Of a stretch of 64,000 bases of DNA, positions 49,975 to 63,400 are shown piece after piece. Made by a program: the position numbers and the translations under genes. How positions within the stretch are numbered: the stretch's first letter is position 1; every line of letters begins with the position of its first letter. The notes below the pieces were generated by a model. That model was given only the letters and a program-made list of their open reading frames with translations, searched no databases and was not told the DNA's origin. Where the stretch lies: contig NC_135264.1 in the NCBI RefSeq assembly GCF_964204865.1, forward strand, positions 3,968,001-4,032,000, read 5' to 3'. The stretch comes from Styela clava (lineage: Eukaryota).

Positions 49975-50285
49975 TTCTCAGTGCTACCGTTACCTTCTAT
50001 TTTACTTTTTGAACTCCTTCCGCCTCATATGTTCATTTTCCAGACTCATTTCACCCAATTTTCTTATTTCCTGCCCTCATTCATTGCATTTAAATTTATT
50101 TCACAGACTCATTCTACCATCTGCATTCAAATTCCAGGTTTCTTCCAACTCGTATGTATATTTACTTTACAGACTCCGTTCATCGTATGTATTTTTTACT
50201 AGACTGCTCCCGCCTCATTAGTTTATTTTTGACTCTTCCCACCTCTGATATTTACTTTGCAAACTAATTCAACCACAGATATTTA
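49975..50285. repeat. Degenerate ~33-bp minisatellite, truncated at the duplication junction
   Basis: Units resembling tttactttccagactccttccacctcata. Confidence 0.65.
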
Positions 50286-50670
50286 TAAATTGGTATATAG
50301 TGATATAACAATGAATTCTATGATGTTCAAATTGTAACATCTATGTAGTTACCACCCATAAATAAATGTAATGATAACAATAACTTTACAATGATTATGT
50401 TGTACATAAGCTATTCTTGAAAAATCTCCTCAGGTGCGGTACAAAAAGTAAATTGCACCCAATATTGTCTGCCAGTAACAATATGAAATTCAATACTCCT
50501 TTCTGGTAAGAAATGAGCACCCTGCATAAATTAAAGTACCAAAATACGTGCTTAAAACGTCTCCCCAAATCGCTATTTTGTCTGGTATTAATTTTTAGGG
50601 TACATGTATATATTGTGATATTTCCCTCGTCATTTTCGTAGTGCGAGGTCGTCATACAGTAAGCTGCTGT

Positions 50671-51189
50671 TCATTTCTTAGTTTTTCTGAACCATGAACT
50701 CGATCGTTTGGAACTGGTACTTTTTGTGAAAGCTAATTCATCATCGATAGTTGCATAGATTGGTTCTTTTTTAATCCTTTGTTCTTCTAATTTTCCCCAA
50801 GTTTCGGTGCCGGTAGTACACATTTTTACATAACTTCCAGTATGATTCATACTGATATTGGAACTTGTAGTTTTTGAAATTGGATTCATGAAGTGTTCAA
50901 TCATTAGATTATTACATTCAGTCGATTTTGTGATAATATCTTCCTTTCTGATTTCAGTTTTTATATAGTCGGTTGACAATCTATTTAAATCGATTGTTCT
51001 GAATAACAGAGGTAGTGCTTCCGATCTTGTAGCCTTGAAGTCATTGTAATTTACCCAGATTCGAATCGCCTCCCATTTTATTTCTTCTGATGGAAATACA
51101 GAATCATGTGTTTTAATGTAAATTAGTATGTCTTTTTCAGAAAAAATTTTGAAACCTTCAGTGTTGAAAAATCGAACGAAGTCTGCCAT
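50671..51189 (-). CDS. BACK-domain-only protein A2, 172 aa
   Basis: Identical to A1 except L to F in ELALT/ELAFT, just after EPIYATIDD. Confidence 0.75.
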   Translation of the reverse strand: MADFVRFFNTEGFKIFSEKDILIYIKTHDSVFPSEEIKWEAIRIWVNYNDFKATRSEALPLLFRTIDLNRLSTDYIKTEIRKEDIITKSTECNNLMIEHFMNPISKTTSSNISMNHTGSYVKMCTTGTETWGKLEEQRIKKEPIYATIDDELAFTKSTSSKRSSSWFRKTKK

Positions 51190-51936
51190 AGGATTAGTTA
51201 TATCTTTATCTGTTCAATAATATTAAATGACTAAATAAAAATAAATCAAGTTATTGAATTTTTTTAATTGAAATTCAAAATTCAAGGTCAAGGGAACTTT
51301 CTTCGCAAATACATAGAACTTATTGTCCGTTCATGCAAACTTTCGCATAATTAATCAATTGTTGATTCTAACGATTTTACAATTTGTAATAAATATAAAT
51401 CAGAATTTTAACAAATTCAAATTTGACAAATAAAATATTTTAAATTAATCATCGAGAACTGCTGAACAGATTCATATGCATTATTTAGCACGATTGTAAA
51501 TTTTGTCGAATATTGGCAAATACTCCAGCGTAATTGTTAAATGCTTGATTATATACTATATATTGGAACATACACTGAGATGTTGCCCTAAAAAAATGGC
51601 GTAATCGATGTTGCAAAACCAAGTAAAATAACTCCGTTTATAATATATTCATTCAGATCAATCTTTATTATATACAATGAACGTTTTGGAGGAGACATTT
51701 TGTAACTGGAAAGAAATCTTTTTTCCATCAGAATTTGATATATTATTGAATAACAAGACAAATTATTAGGCAATTGTTTCATAAATCATTCTCTAACATT
51801 CGAATTATTACTTGATTAAATAAATTTATGTTTTTTTTATCGAGGTGTCCCAGCAATAAATATGTCATTAAAACATTTTTTGAAATTCGATCATTCAAAC
51901 AAATGCAACCAATAGAGTTAAATTTTATAAAAATGT

Positions 51937-52389
51937 TTAATTCTTGTCCTTGTTGCGTAGGCTTGTACGCGCTTCAATTTTAGGGTGACCATTCACGCCG
52001 TCGATATCCTCATAAATCCGATCATTACTTTTGCCGTCTTTTGATTTCGCCATTGTATTAGATGGAGACATTGGCACATACTGTGAATCCATAACGTGAT
52101 CAAGTAGCAAATTTGAACATTCAACTGATGTTTTAACCATTATGTCAGATCTGATAGTAATTAGGGATTCTCTTGATAATTGACTCAAGTCAATCATTTT
52201 GAATAGCGTTGGCAATGTTTCTGACTTATTACTTTTTTGACTTTCGTGGTTGATCCATATTTGAATGGCCTTCCATCTGATTTCTTCTGATGGAAATACA
52301 GCATCGTGTGTTTGAAAATATACCTGGATGTCTTTCTCTGATAAGTTTTTATAACCTTCAGTATCGAAAAAGTCATTCAAATTCGCCAT
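51937..52389 (-). CDS. BACK-domain-only protein B2, 150 aa
   Basis: Protein identical to B1. Confidence 0.75.
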   Translation of the reverse strand: MANLNDFFDTEGYKNLSEKDIQVYFQTHDAVFPSEEIRWKAIQIWINHESQKSNKSETLPTLFKMIDLSQLSRESLITIRSDIMVKTSVECSNLLLDHVMDSQYVPMSPSNTMAKSKDGKSNDRIYEDIDGVNGHPKIEARTSLRNKDKN

Positions 52390-52925
52390 GATCAAAAAGT
52401 TATGAAGCTTTATTTCTGAAGGGAGAAAACTAAACGCAAATTGAAAGACAAATTTTTTTTTTATAGCAGTTTAGTAGAAGTAGCAATCATGCATGACATT
52501 ATCAATAAATAGTGTGTGTGGTCATGGGTTGAAATTAAACATGAATTAGCATCACAAATACTGAATTTATAAAGTGTTTACATTCAATCATGATTAGTTT
52601 ACGTTATTTAAATTAGACGCAGTTTAAATCCATGATAGTTCAATTACATACAAAGCTTCCTTATTTGAAGAATTATGCTTCGTAATAAGCCCTGGCAAAT
52701 CTTTGAGAGCACTTTTAAGAGCAATCTTAGAAACAATACGAACGAATTTTCAAACATAAATTGATTGACTTGGCAATATTTGTACATCACCTTAATGGCT
52801 GTACTTGTATATTGATTTGGATATATATACATATGACTTGGCAGTATATGTATATTTGGTTGGCTGTATATGTACCGGTATATGAGTTGGCGGTATATGC
52901 ATATTCTTGGCAGTATAAGTATGGC

Positions 52926-53427
52926 TAGGGTTACCATATTTATGCTCCATATATTACCACTTCAGAGTGCGACGTCTGTAAAGACAACGACCCTTTAGCT
53001 GTGATTTTGTAACTTTACATTTTCTGATTTTAATATATAGGCCTATATTCAAAGCTACCCCGGCTGTCTTCATTGACCATATTGTCATCGAGAATTCATG
53101 CGCATATACGCTGTCCAAATCTCGGGTTCAGTTCGAAAAATAGAAATGAATTGACGTTAACGATACAGGTACAAATAATTCGTATTTAGACTAGTTAGTA
53201 TTGGTTTTACATGCAATACGTTTTCCAACAATGTTAGCGGGAAACAAGGAAACCAACGCCTTCACCTTCAGTAAGTAGGCTAGCGCTGCGCTACAAAGAA
53301 TCAACAGTAACAAAAACATGTTCGTGTTCTGTATTATGCTGGATAGCTGAACGCCAAAGCGAGACGGCGGGACAAGACGCTGAAAAGCGGGACTGTCCCG
53401 CCTAAAGCGGGACGTATGATAAACTTA
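52926..53427. mobile_element. hAT-type MITE, duplicate of 43165-43694
   Basis: Same sequence as copy 1, with one fewer 28-bp aagcgggacggcgggacaagacgctgaa-type unit. Confidence 0.65.
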
Positions 53428-55325
53428 TGTATGGCACGTTACCAATCCTATCGCCTGTGCTTAGTTTGTGAAAACAAATGACGAAACATCAACCAATTTG
53501 CTAATTGACCAATAGGAAAGAATTCGCCTTTGCAATAATTTTATTGCGCATTCATTTTATGCACAATCTTCATTATTTATATTCCAGTATTACATGTTTC
53601 GGATAAATTTATACTTTCCACCGTTTCGTCTAAATGTACTTTTAACTACGACATCATATGCCATTCTTGGTATACTGTTGTTTACGTTTGGACATCTTTC
53701 TTCTAACTTGATGACAATACGCATTTAAATATTACAATACAAATATAGTTATCTAGAATTTGGAAACATTTTATTTCTTGCAAAATCTCACTTTGTTAAC
53801 TTTGACTTTGTTATTCTTGAACATTATAAGACCTTTTCATCAAGCACAAGTTTCCGCAATGTTACTGGCTGCTCTTCAACTAAAATTGATTACAACTCTT
53901 CAGTAATTATACAGCTGATTGCTCAACTGGTTTATTTGTTAAGTCGCGAATATTTTCTTATCAATTGTTGACTTTTATCCGGATTTACTTTTGGGCAAAT
54001 ATCTATCGTATATGTATCGCGCTATCGATGAAGATGTTTGACAATATCAAACTGTTTCTTTTTTGTAATGAATATCATCCCCATGCGTTAATAATTACAC
54101 TTAATGTCTAATTACACTACGCGTTGCAATATGCTATATGCCAGTGAAGGATTACAAAGTGTCTCCATTAATGTTGAGCTCTGAAACTCGACTACCAGCT
54201 GACTGTGTAAAAACACGATTTGCTTGTTATGTGCCTGAAAGATACATGCGTATCGAGACCCTCTATTAGAGAGCGGTATTAATGTTATAGATATATACTG
54301 GCAGTTATAAACAATACAAAATATGCAACTCGATGACTATCAAAACTTCAGCATCTAAAACAGCGCGGCATCATGTACGAGCACTGCGTAAAAAGGTCAT
54401 ATGTGATGTCATACAACATAGGTTGTAAGCACAATTAAACAATATGCTTCATATGGAAGTTTCCCTGAGCATCGACTTTCTTCTTTGCCTCAGTAACAAT
54501 TGCTAATCAGCTAGATGCAAAAAGTGAGGGAACAATAAACGTTTCAGCAGCCAGAAACTTCTGTTACTTAGGCAGAATTTTAAATGTGGTTTTAAATATT
54601 ACCTCGTTTTCGTGTTTTTGCGTTAGTTTTTTTAATCTTATGAATCATAATGATGGTTTAAAACATAAAAATAGTTGATAGGCTCTAACTCGCGAAACCG
54701 CTCTTAATATAAACACCAAAAATTTTGAAATGATATATTATGGGAAGAATTTTCCTGGGGTCAAAGGTCGGAGAAACATCCATTGACGGATACGTTACGG
54801 CTACGCGGTTGTCCTAGCTCCATAGGTCTGTGACGATGGCGATTCTTTCATATACACCCAGTCTAAAGGTGAATCAAAATACCAGTACTGTTAAAGCTAT
54901 TTGAATGTTGGAATCTTACAAATTATCCCCAATTTGATTAAAATCATGGATACAAGTTTATTTTCCAATTTTCTAAGAATGAGTTTCATAAGTAACACAT
55001 TACACAATTCAAGTGTGCGGAAATATGTTATTGTTTCAGCGATTATCAACTCATTTGAGATATTCTACGTCGTTAAAAAACTCCCGAATTCGCAAAGCAT
55101 AAAATCGCGAGTGCGATCGTAGAACAGCCACACGATGCACAGTTTTTAATTTTGATGACGTCAGCACACAAATCTTTAAAGTAAAAAACGAACCCACAGA
55201 AGTAATGGACTTATAGTGACAATAACACCCTTCAACTACCAAACAATTGAAAGCAATTGGCGATTTATTCGAGGTTCATTAATAAAGACTATCTGCGAGG
55301 CAGACTTCAATTTGTTGAAGTTGAC

Positions 55326-56146
55326 ACTAATCGTTCCCAATTTTTTCGAATCGAAACTGGAGTAATTCAAGGATCCTGCCCTGGTCCATTATTATTCATA
55401 TTTCATTTATAAACGACATCTACATTCCTCTGATTTTATGAAAAAATTATTTGCTGATGGTGACACTGGTCTTCTCAGCAGTTCCAAATCTTCAACGGAC
55501 CTCCAAAACATGTTAGTCTAGAAATAAAAATCGCAACTACAACAAAACACCCCTGAAAATCAAAATCAATGGAATGAAGATTGAGGTGTATCTTCATATA
55601 AATATCTAGGATTAAACATAGATTGTCGTTTAAAGTGGGGAGTACACATCAATGAAACGCTCAGTAGGCATTTCGAGCAAACTTTAACATTACTCAGAAA
55701 GAAACACTCTGAGATAGTCTATTATTTTTACTTTAAAGCCTATGTCCAATATGTAGTTGTTGCTTGGGGATCGGCCTCCAAGTAGAAACATAATCCCTTA
55801 TAGGCCTACTGCTCATGTTAACATGAATATCATGTACTGCATAACTGGTCTCCTCAAATATACCGATATTTATCAGCTGGGAATTTGTAAATTGATGCAA
55901 CAATTCCCTAATAACTATTTCGCCAAGCAAATCAGTGTTCACGATTATAACACCAGATCAGCATCACTATCATCATTCCACGTACCCCGTCAGACTTAAT
56001 ATAAGACTCAAAATTCATTTAAATATAATAGTGTTACCATGTGGAAATTTGTCGGCTTACTTCGAATGTTTGTAACAACTTGACTGGGAATGATTTCTGT
56101 TGGCACCGCATGGCGAAAACGAATGAAAAAACCATCTTAATGAGTA
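55326..56146 (+). pseudogene. Duplicate of the degenerate LINE RT fragment
   Basis: Same sequence as 48900-49720 at offset 6426. Confidence 0.75.
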
Positions 56147-56399
56147 CTGACCTAGTAAATATTTTATAATTGCGATAATCGATTATTACATTACAAATTT
56201 GGGCCACTAACTTTCTCATTTTCATATTACTTGTCTCCTTATATATACTCGTATATACAAGCCAACCCAACGATGTGATGTTAATGCAATTATGGACGTA
56301 CCCAATAGATAACGAACAGGCGTAAACAGGGTTCGTCTGATTCAGTATATTTTTTATTCTTAATTTCACTCGAATCTCAAACATGTGCAATATAGTCCT

Positions 56400-56985
56400 T
56401 TTCTCAGTGCTACCGTTACCTTCTATTTTACTTTTTGAACTCCTTCCGCCTCATATGTTCATTTTCCAGACTCATTTCACCCAATTTTCTTATTTCCTGC
56501 CCTCATTCATTGCATTTGAATTTATTTCACAGACTCATTCTACCATCTGCATTCAAATTCCAGGTTTCTTCCAACTCGTATGTATATTTACTTTACAGAC
56601 TCCGTTCATCGTATGTATTTTTTACTAGACTGCTCCCGCCTCATTAGTTTATTTTTGACTCTTCCCACCTCTGATATTTACTTTGCAAACTAATTCAACC
56701 ACAGATATTTACTTTTCAGACTCTTTCCACTACACGTTCTTAGTTTTTCGACTCCTTCCACCTAGTGGGTTTACTTTCCCGACTTCTTCATCCTAATGTA
56801 TTGATTTTCCAGATGACATTAAACTCATAGTTTTCCAGACTCAATTTTACAGACTCGTTATCTCATACATTTACTCTGCAGACTCCTTCTATCTGATTTT
56901 TTTCAAAAATATTCACTTCACTGACTTTGTACCTCGTATTATATCTTTACAGAAACCTTACATCTCATATATTTACTTATCAGTG
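56400..56985. repeat. Degenerate ~33-bp minisatellite, full-length array
   Basis: tttact(t/c)..cagactc units continue ~270 bp beyond the end of the duplicated segment (56711). Confidence 0.65.
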
Positions 56986-57464
56986 TTAAACGATATATAA
57001 CATGTTAATTAATACAATTATAAGAATTTCGAACATATAAACTACAGACAATTATTAGACGCCGTATATATGTAAACACAGGACGACTTTCTACTTCTGC
57101 TTATCTGTTTAATTAGGACAAACGTTCCACTGTTGTTCCATCAATGCTCGAAAACTTGCGGTAAAGCCATTTTCTCAATACACCTGACCAATGAATTATA
57201 TAAATATATTTTTAACTTTTAGGAAATAGATCGAGTACACAAGTTTAAAAGATACATATTACAAAATTTCCGTAGGCCTATATGAAGATCCGCATAGTGT
57301 AAATAAACTTGCAGCCTAAATAGAAAAGCGTGGAATATATCTAACGCAGATTTCCGAACGAAAGCAATAAAAATTATGGTGACTCTAGAAGCCCCCAAAA
57401 TCCAGCAACATTGATTAACAAGCATCTAAAAATTAATCTCTGAAAATTAGCTCTAATGATTTTG

Positions 57465-60400
57465 TTATTCTAAAGCTGTTATCAAATTCTCCTCGTAAAT
57501 TGAAAGTACCAGAAGAATAGCCCAGCCAAGTAATAAGCCCAGATTTTGTAATCCGAATTGTAGAAAAGGTTTTGAAGTTTTTGACTCCACCATCTCATGA
57601 AGCTGTGAAATAGAAGAATTAAATAAATATAATATCCATGTGCAGACAATAAAACAATATGAAGTACATGATAAGTAAAAAGTTCTCTAGATTTGACACT
57701 AAATATTTTCTGAACCAAAATATATCTTACAACATCAACAAGGGAAATGTATAGGAACATTCCGGCGATCACCGCCATAATCCAGTTCCTGACTTCCGAA
57801 TTTTCAGCGATTGCAAGTCCAATGTACAAACCAACGAAAGCCATACACGCGGCCGCAAAATTTGCCAGGAGTGCTTTCCATTTTGATAATCCGTTGTTCA
57901 TATAAATTGCAAAATCGCCTTGGAAAAATAACATGGTAAATAATATTGAAATCCGATGACATATTGTTAGAGATATTGTATATTAGAGATATTGTCATCA
58001 AAATTATGTTGAGTGAAAATGTTTCCAGGTCAATATTTTAAAGCTTACGACCAGACAAAATTTAAACTTTTTTAAACTCAAATATTACTTGAAGCTGAAA
58101 ATTGTTACAAAGTTTAGGTTGAACCAATATTATAACATTTGACTATATTTAGAAAATTACGATAAATGAATCTTGAGTAAGAACTAACCAAACTCATGCG
58201 GTAACTCGTGACAGAATATTGCTATAGATGTCCCAACACCAGAAACCCATCCACTGCTAAACGCAACTCCGATTGCAAGTCCATCTCCGAAGTTGTGTAA
58301 AACATCTCCAATAAGAACCATCGCTGCCACGACTGTCAAATCTGAAACAAAGACGAGAAAAATTCAGAATATAAACAGAGACGAAACTAACACATAAAAA
58401 CATGCTTCATATATATATATTGTTTTCTGATTGAAATTTAGGTAACTCATATCCTTCCCACAAATTGATAAAAAGTGCTATTCTATTTATTCATGCATTT
58501 GACGCATGATTGTTTTACGAACTGATGTATGCCAAAAAAAGTTAGGTCAACAGCAAGGAAAATAAAACGATCAGCACCTCCAATTACTTTCTGAGAAGCA
58601 TGTTCTTCCATTTCTTCCTTCTGAATATTGATAATACAATGTATTAGTTCAAGAATGAAAAGCGCCGCAAAATTATCTATTTGTAATAATCAGTTTATGA
58701 TATTTTTCTACTTGATGTTACATTGCCAACAACAGTTTGTCACTTCCAGAATTTTAAGACTGCCAAATTTCAAAATCAACAATTTTCGTATCACGCACTC
58801 ACGTTATTTGACACAATGCGGACATGCGAAATGTTTTGCTATATTGTTGCTGTTTATGTTGCTATTGTGATAAAAAAAAATACTTTTTAACCATTACTCA
58901 TATAATTTCAGTGGGATTATCGCAAGTCTTTCTGTTAGTCAGGGGTTGGCAACCTACGGCCCGTGGGCCAGATCCGGTCCGCGGAGTACAATAATCCGCC
59001 CGCGACGCTTCACTGAATTATAGAGACAAAACGGCGGTTTCACGAGGAAATAATTTTATAATCCAACCTCGAGGAGTCAAATATTGGACACGTAGTGAAC
59101 ATAGCGATCGTTTCAATATTTTGTTGTTGTTGTTCTTGTTGTTCTTTGACACTTTTTGGACAACTACTGGAAAATCTTAAAAGTCGAAATTTTCCGTGCT
59201 TGAAGATAAAAAATTTCTTTAGAAGGCTATTACTTTCATTTACTTCAAACGTGTCTATTTATTTGAGTATAGCTCTCTTGTAATATCAAGTAACAGAATT
59301 TATTGTGACTTGTGTAGATTAAATTGTAATTTTAAGTAACAGAATTTATTGTGACTTGTGTAGATTAAATTATACTAGGACCTATCAAGCTATTCAACAG
59401 CTACTCGTTTAACGAGCCTACGATTTAATTATAATTAGGCAAATGGCAACACGCAGAAAAGTTGAAGTTGAGTACAGAGAGTTCAATGGCGCAAAAATAT
59501 TCGAATAGAGCTTTTTGAGATGCAATGCAATGAGAAAATAAAATCCATATTTTACTCGAGAGATGTATCAATGCTTGCTTTTTATAAAAAGTATCTTCTT
59601 GAAGTTGTTATAATGTTGGCTTCATTCAGTGTGTCGCCTGATTTCGAAAAGCTGTCAAGCGGGATGCAACAACAAGTGTCACATTAAATATCATTTGTGA
59701 AACTTTTTCTTTTAGTAGGACGAGTTGAATTCACGAGCTGTCGCAGTCTTTGCCCGCTGTTACTTCTGATATGTGTAAAAAAATTGTGTTTCGTCGTCCA
59801 TCTATTCGGTTTTAACTTTCTAAAAATATGTGCGGCCCGCCAAGACTTGCAACTCTTAATTTTGGCCCGCGAGGGATAAAATGTAGCCGACCCCTGCTCT
59901 AGGTGATGATTTTGATATTTTCATATCTTTCGAGGCTTCCGGCAAACTATTGTTTCCCTCCAAATTTTGCGTTGCGAAAATTTCTGGTGGAAAAAAATTT
60001 GTTGGTACCAGTAACATACTGTACAACTATTTGCGCTTGGTTTGTTGTTAAGAAGTAATTTGTCAAATAATCTCCCACAAAAACTTGATATAGATAGCTG
60101 AACTATACCTTTTCATCTTGGGGAAGACTGTCAACATCTTGTGGAGATACGCTCTCTGTTGCAAAACTAGTGACTGATTGAGTTACCGGTATTCCATTTT
60201 CATTTTCTGTTGTGTTATCGTGATCATTTGATGTAAAATCATTTATATGTACAGTGATCTTATTCTGAAATTGAATAAAAGTCGATTGAAAGATTTTCCA
60301 TAAATAGGAATTGAATACAGGTAGTTAGAAGATCACTAAAGATTATTCATTACTTTATGGTTTCATCAGTTTAGATATAGCTAGATGTATTTACGCATGA

Positions 60401-63400
60401 GTGAAACCATTCTTTTTGTTCCATCAAAAATTCGGTCTATTTTATTTACTTATCAATTTTAGTCTAAATACAAAATCCACAAAAATTTTCTGTAACAATA
60501 GTGATTAGGGAGCAAGTTTACATACAAAGTATGTTAAAAAAAGAGCCGAATATGGGCCTTCATTCAAACAACTCACGTTTCTCGTTGCGTTCCATATTCT
60601 GACTATATTTTCAAACAAATAAAACAAATATATTCCCCCAATAACCGTGAGTAACCTCCATATATATGTTTTGTCTTCAGCTTCTGAATGCGTTTCATCC
60701 GAGGCGTGGACGTGTTCATCCTCGTGACCATGCTCATGGAGCCCTACAACCTAAAAGTATGTTTTATGGACTTAAATAACGAAGGCAGTAAATTTCTCCC
60801 CGAACTGTCATGTTTACAATTAATGTCAAATTCAAATATTATATTCTACGCTTCAAATATTGAAAAACACATAAAAGGCGTTCAGATTGGCATTGAAATA
60901 AACATATCATTTTCAAATTCCGTTTTTTTGTATCATCCGATAGTTTGCTGAAATAGTTTGAGCTCACAACACTATTTGTCAGTAATTACGCAATGGCGTA
61001 GTTTTCATAGTGGTACCGGTAAGAAAAATAAAATTCAAATTTGGTATTTGTAAATGCAAATCACTGTGCCTCAGTATTCAATTTTGTTCAACCGCTCTAT
61101 TAGTAAATTCAGTTACACCTCTGGTATTATATGCAAAAGAGCATCTCCAGACATAGTTCCTACTCCAAGAGCGATGAAAAATTGCATTGTCATCTTGTAT
61201 ACGCCAGTTCCAATAGCAGGAAACATTACAAGACCCAGAAACGACAATAAACTGATTATGAAGACCGAAGCTGTTCCATAGCCATATCCTAAGAATAAAA
61301 ATTACAAAACAAAATTTTGATATTGTATTTTCAATATAAAAAATGAAAGGCCATATAATAACACCGAAACGGAAAATTGATCTCGTGGTTTCTTTTACAA
61401 CCAGCTTGAAAATTTGACAAAAAATGATATCTTACATTTCATTGAAAGTATACTGTTTACAAATGCCATTCTGTCTAGTTTTTAAAATTGCTTTTTACCA
61501 GAAATGTTTTTTCAATTAACTTACGCATTGCATCAGTATATTCTGGAGCTTCGTCATTCGGCACATCTTCCGTCTTGGCTGCACAATTATTTGAAGCAGA
61601 TTGTTGTAGAAGTGCAGGTGAGAGATCAGCTAGTTGACTGCTGTTAATGCCATGTGATTCCTCTACGTTGTATATAGCTAACAACTCTTCCGTCGTAAAG
61701 CACTGGAAACATAGACATTTCAGTACAACATCTAAAACGTCACACCTGAAAACGGACTTAACACATGATTCACGGATGGAAAATTAATACTTGGCAGCTT
61801 ATGGACTTTGTTGTGGCTCAATTTCAACATTAAAATGCAAATACGCTTTACTGGTTAATTTCCAAGGCGTTCACTTTTAAGATATTTTTGTCTTATGAAA
61901 ACATCTGACTGATATTATAATCGTCATGACATGTGATAGGCCAGTGTCAAATTTCTTCCAGTAGCACAGGTATTGCAAACCGACAGAATGATATTACAAT
62001 GTTGAATTCTACTACATTGGGAATGAAATTATCCGCCTTAGCAGGAAGCGTTTATTTTTTGTTGTTGTGAATACTTGCATTTGAGTTCGAAAATTTATTC
62101 GAAATACTCAGTCAAATTGTTGTTACCGCGCTATGTGCTTGATTTCCTGTATGGTCATGTTTAGTTTCTCGCTTTCGTCTTTGGTGGTCATGTCCTACAT
62201 GATTGTCAACAACAACTTCAACGCTTCCACCAATATTGAGCGTGTCAAGAAGTACTTGAAAATCTGTGAAAATAAACCAAACCACTTTTACCTTCAGAAA
62301 ATATTTTACTTTTATATTTTATAGCATTAATATGAGCTCTTTATTACAAAGTTTAAACTGGAAGAAAATAATATTTTGGTAATTGTTTTTCAAAAAGAAA
62401 CTAAAAACTAATCAATTGAATCAAAAATTTGGTTTGGAATATTTCCAATATGGTATACCATCAATTGTCATGATTCCATTTTTTGAACCTGCCATCTCCA
62501 TCAACTCTCCAATAAAAAAACTTTGGTTTGGAAGATGACAACGGCATTTCATAATTGACAACAAAACCCCTGTGATGGCTTCTGATTCATCAAGATGATC
62601 GGTGCTCACACAATCTTCCGAAAATGGATTAACCACGCACTAGAGAAACATTTAATCATTTCATATTTTATCATTTGGATAGGACAAAAACTATTTTATT
62701 ATTGAATAGAGAATAGAATCATCGTCGTATTTTAGCAACTTCGCACAATTATGTAAACTGCTCAACTTGAATAAAAAGAATTCGCAATGGATAATATATA
62801 ATAGGCAAAATTCTGATAAAAACCGGTAGATAATATAATTGAACATAGACATATAATATGACTTAATAATGTAAATAAAAACACGGCAATAAATTTAACA
62901 TTTATTATCATTTAGATGTGAGATATGAGATTGTTTTATTAAAATTAGTTTTACCCGAGTTGCTCCTGGACACGTTTGTTCTCTAATTCCGTCAATAACG
63001 TTCGATGAGAAGTTTTCGCTGCAGATTTCGTTGGTGGGAAATATTTTTGACTTTGCTTCGGAAGCGCTGATGAGGTCTTAATATATTAAAATTTGGATTT
63101 TTCTAATAGCATCGATGCATCAGAAATTATGTATCAGTACATAACATACTGTTGCAATAATTTACAAAATATTTCGGCTGCGAATATTTCAAAACGTATC
63201 TCGTTTCACATCGCTTTCAAGTGTGTCTTCATTGACCATAAATTATCTCAAAAATACAAAAAAAACGAATCCAAGGCCTGTATTCACCTTCTCCTCTGTC
63301 ACTGCAACTTGAATCCGTTTCCGTTTTGAGATAATATAGAATTATCCAAGAAACTCTTTCAAACTGCTGTGCGGACAAAACTGAATCACTGACGTCAGCT

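Larger units (their letters stand above)
40526..50285. repeat. Segmental tandem duplication, copy 1 (with hAT insertion)
   Basis: Near-identical to 50287-56711. The offset is 9761 at the left end and 6426 at the right end; the 3335 difference equals the 3299-bp hAT, its 8-bp TSD and a 28-bp repeat unit. Confidence 0.95.
50287..56711. repeat. Segmental tandem duplication, copy 2 (empty hAT site)
   Basis: Same ORFs as copy 1, with about a dozen substitutions seen by eye. cttatgaa is present once, at 54637-54644. Confidence 0.95.

Noticed and set aside
49975-56985. CRISPR-like array suggested by regularly spaced ~33-bp units at 49975-50285 and 56400-56985
   Set aside because: The units are degenerate head-to-tail repeats without unique spacers, the context is eukaryotic, and there are no cas genes.
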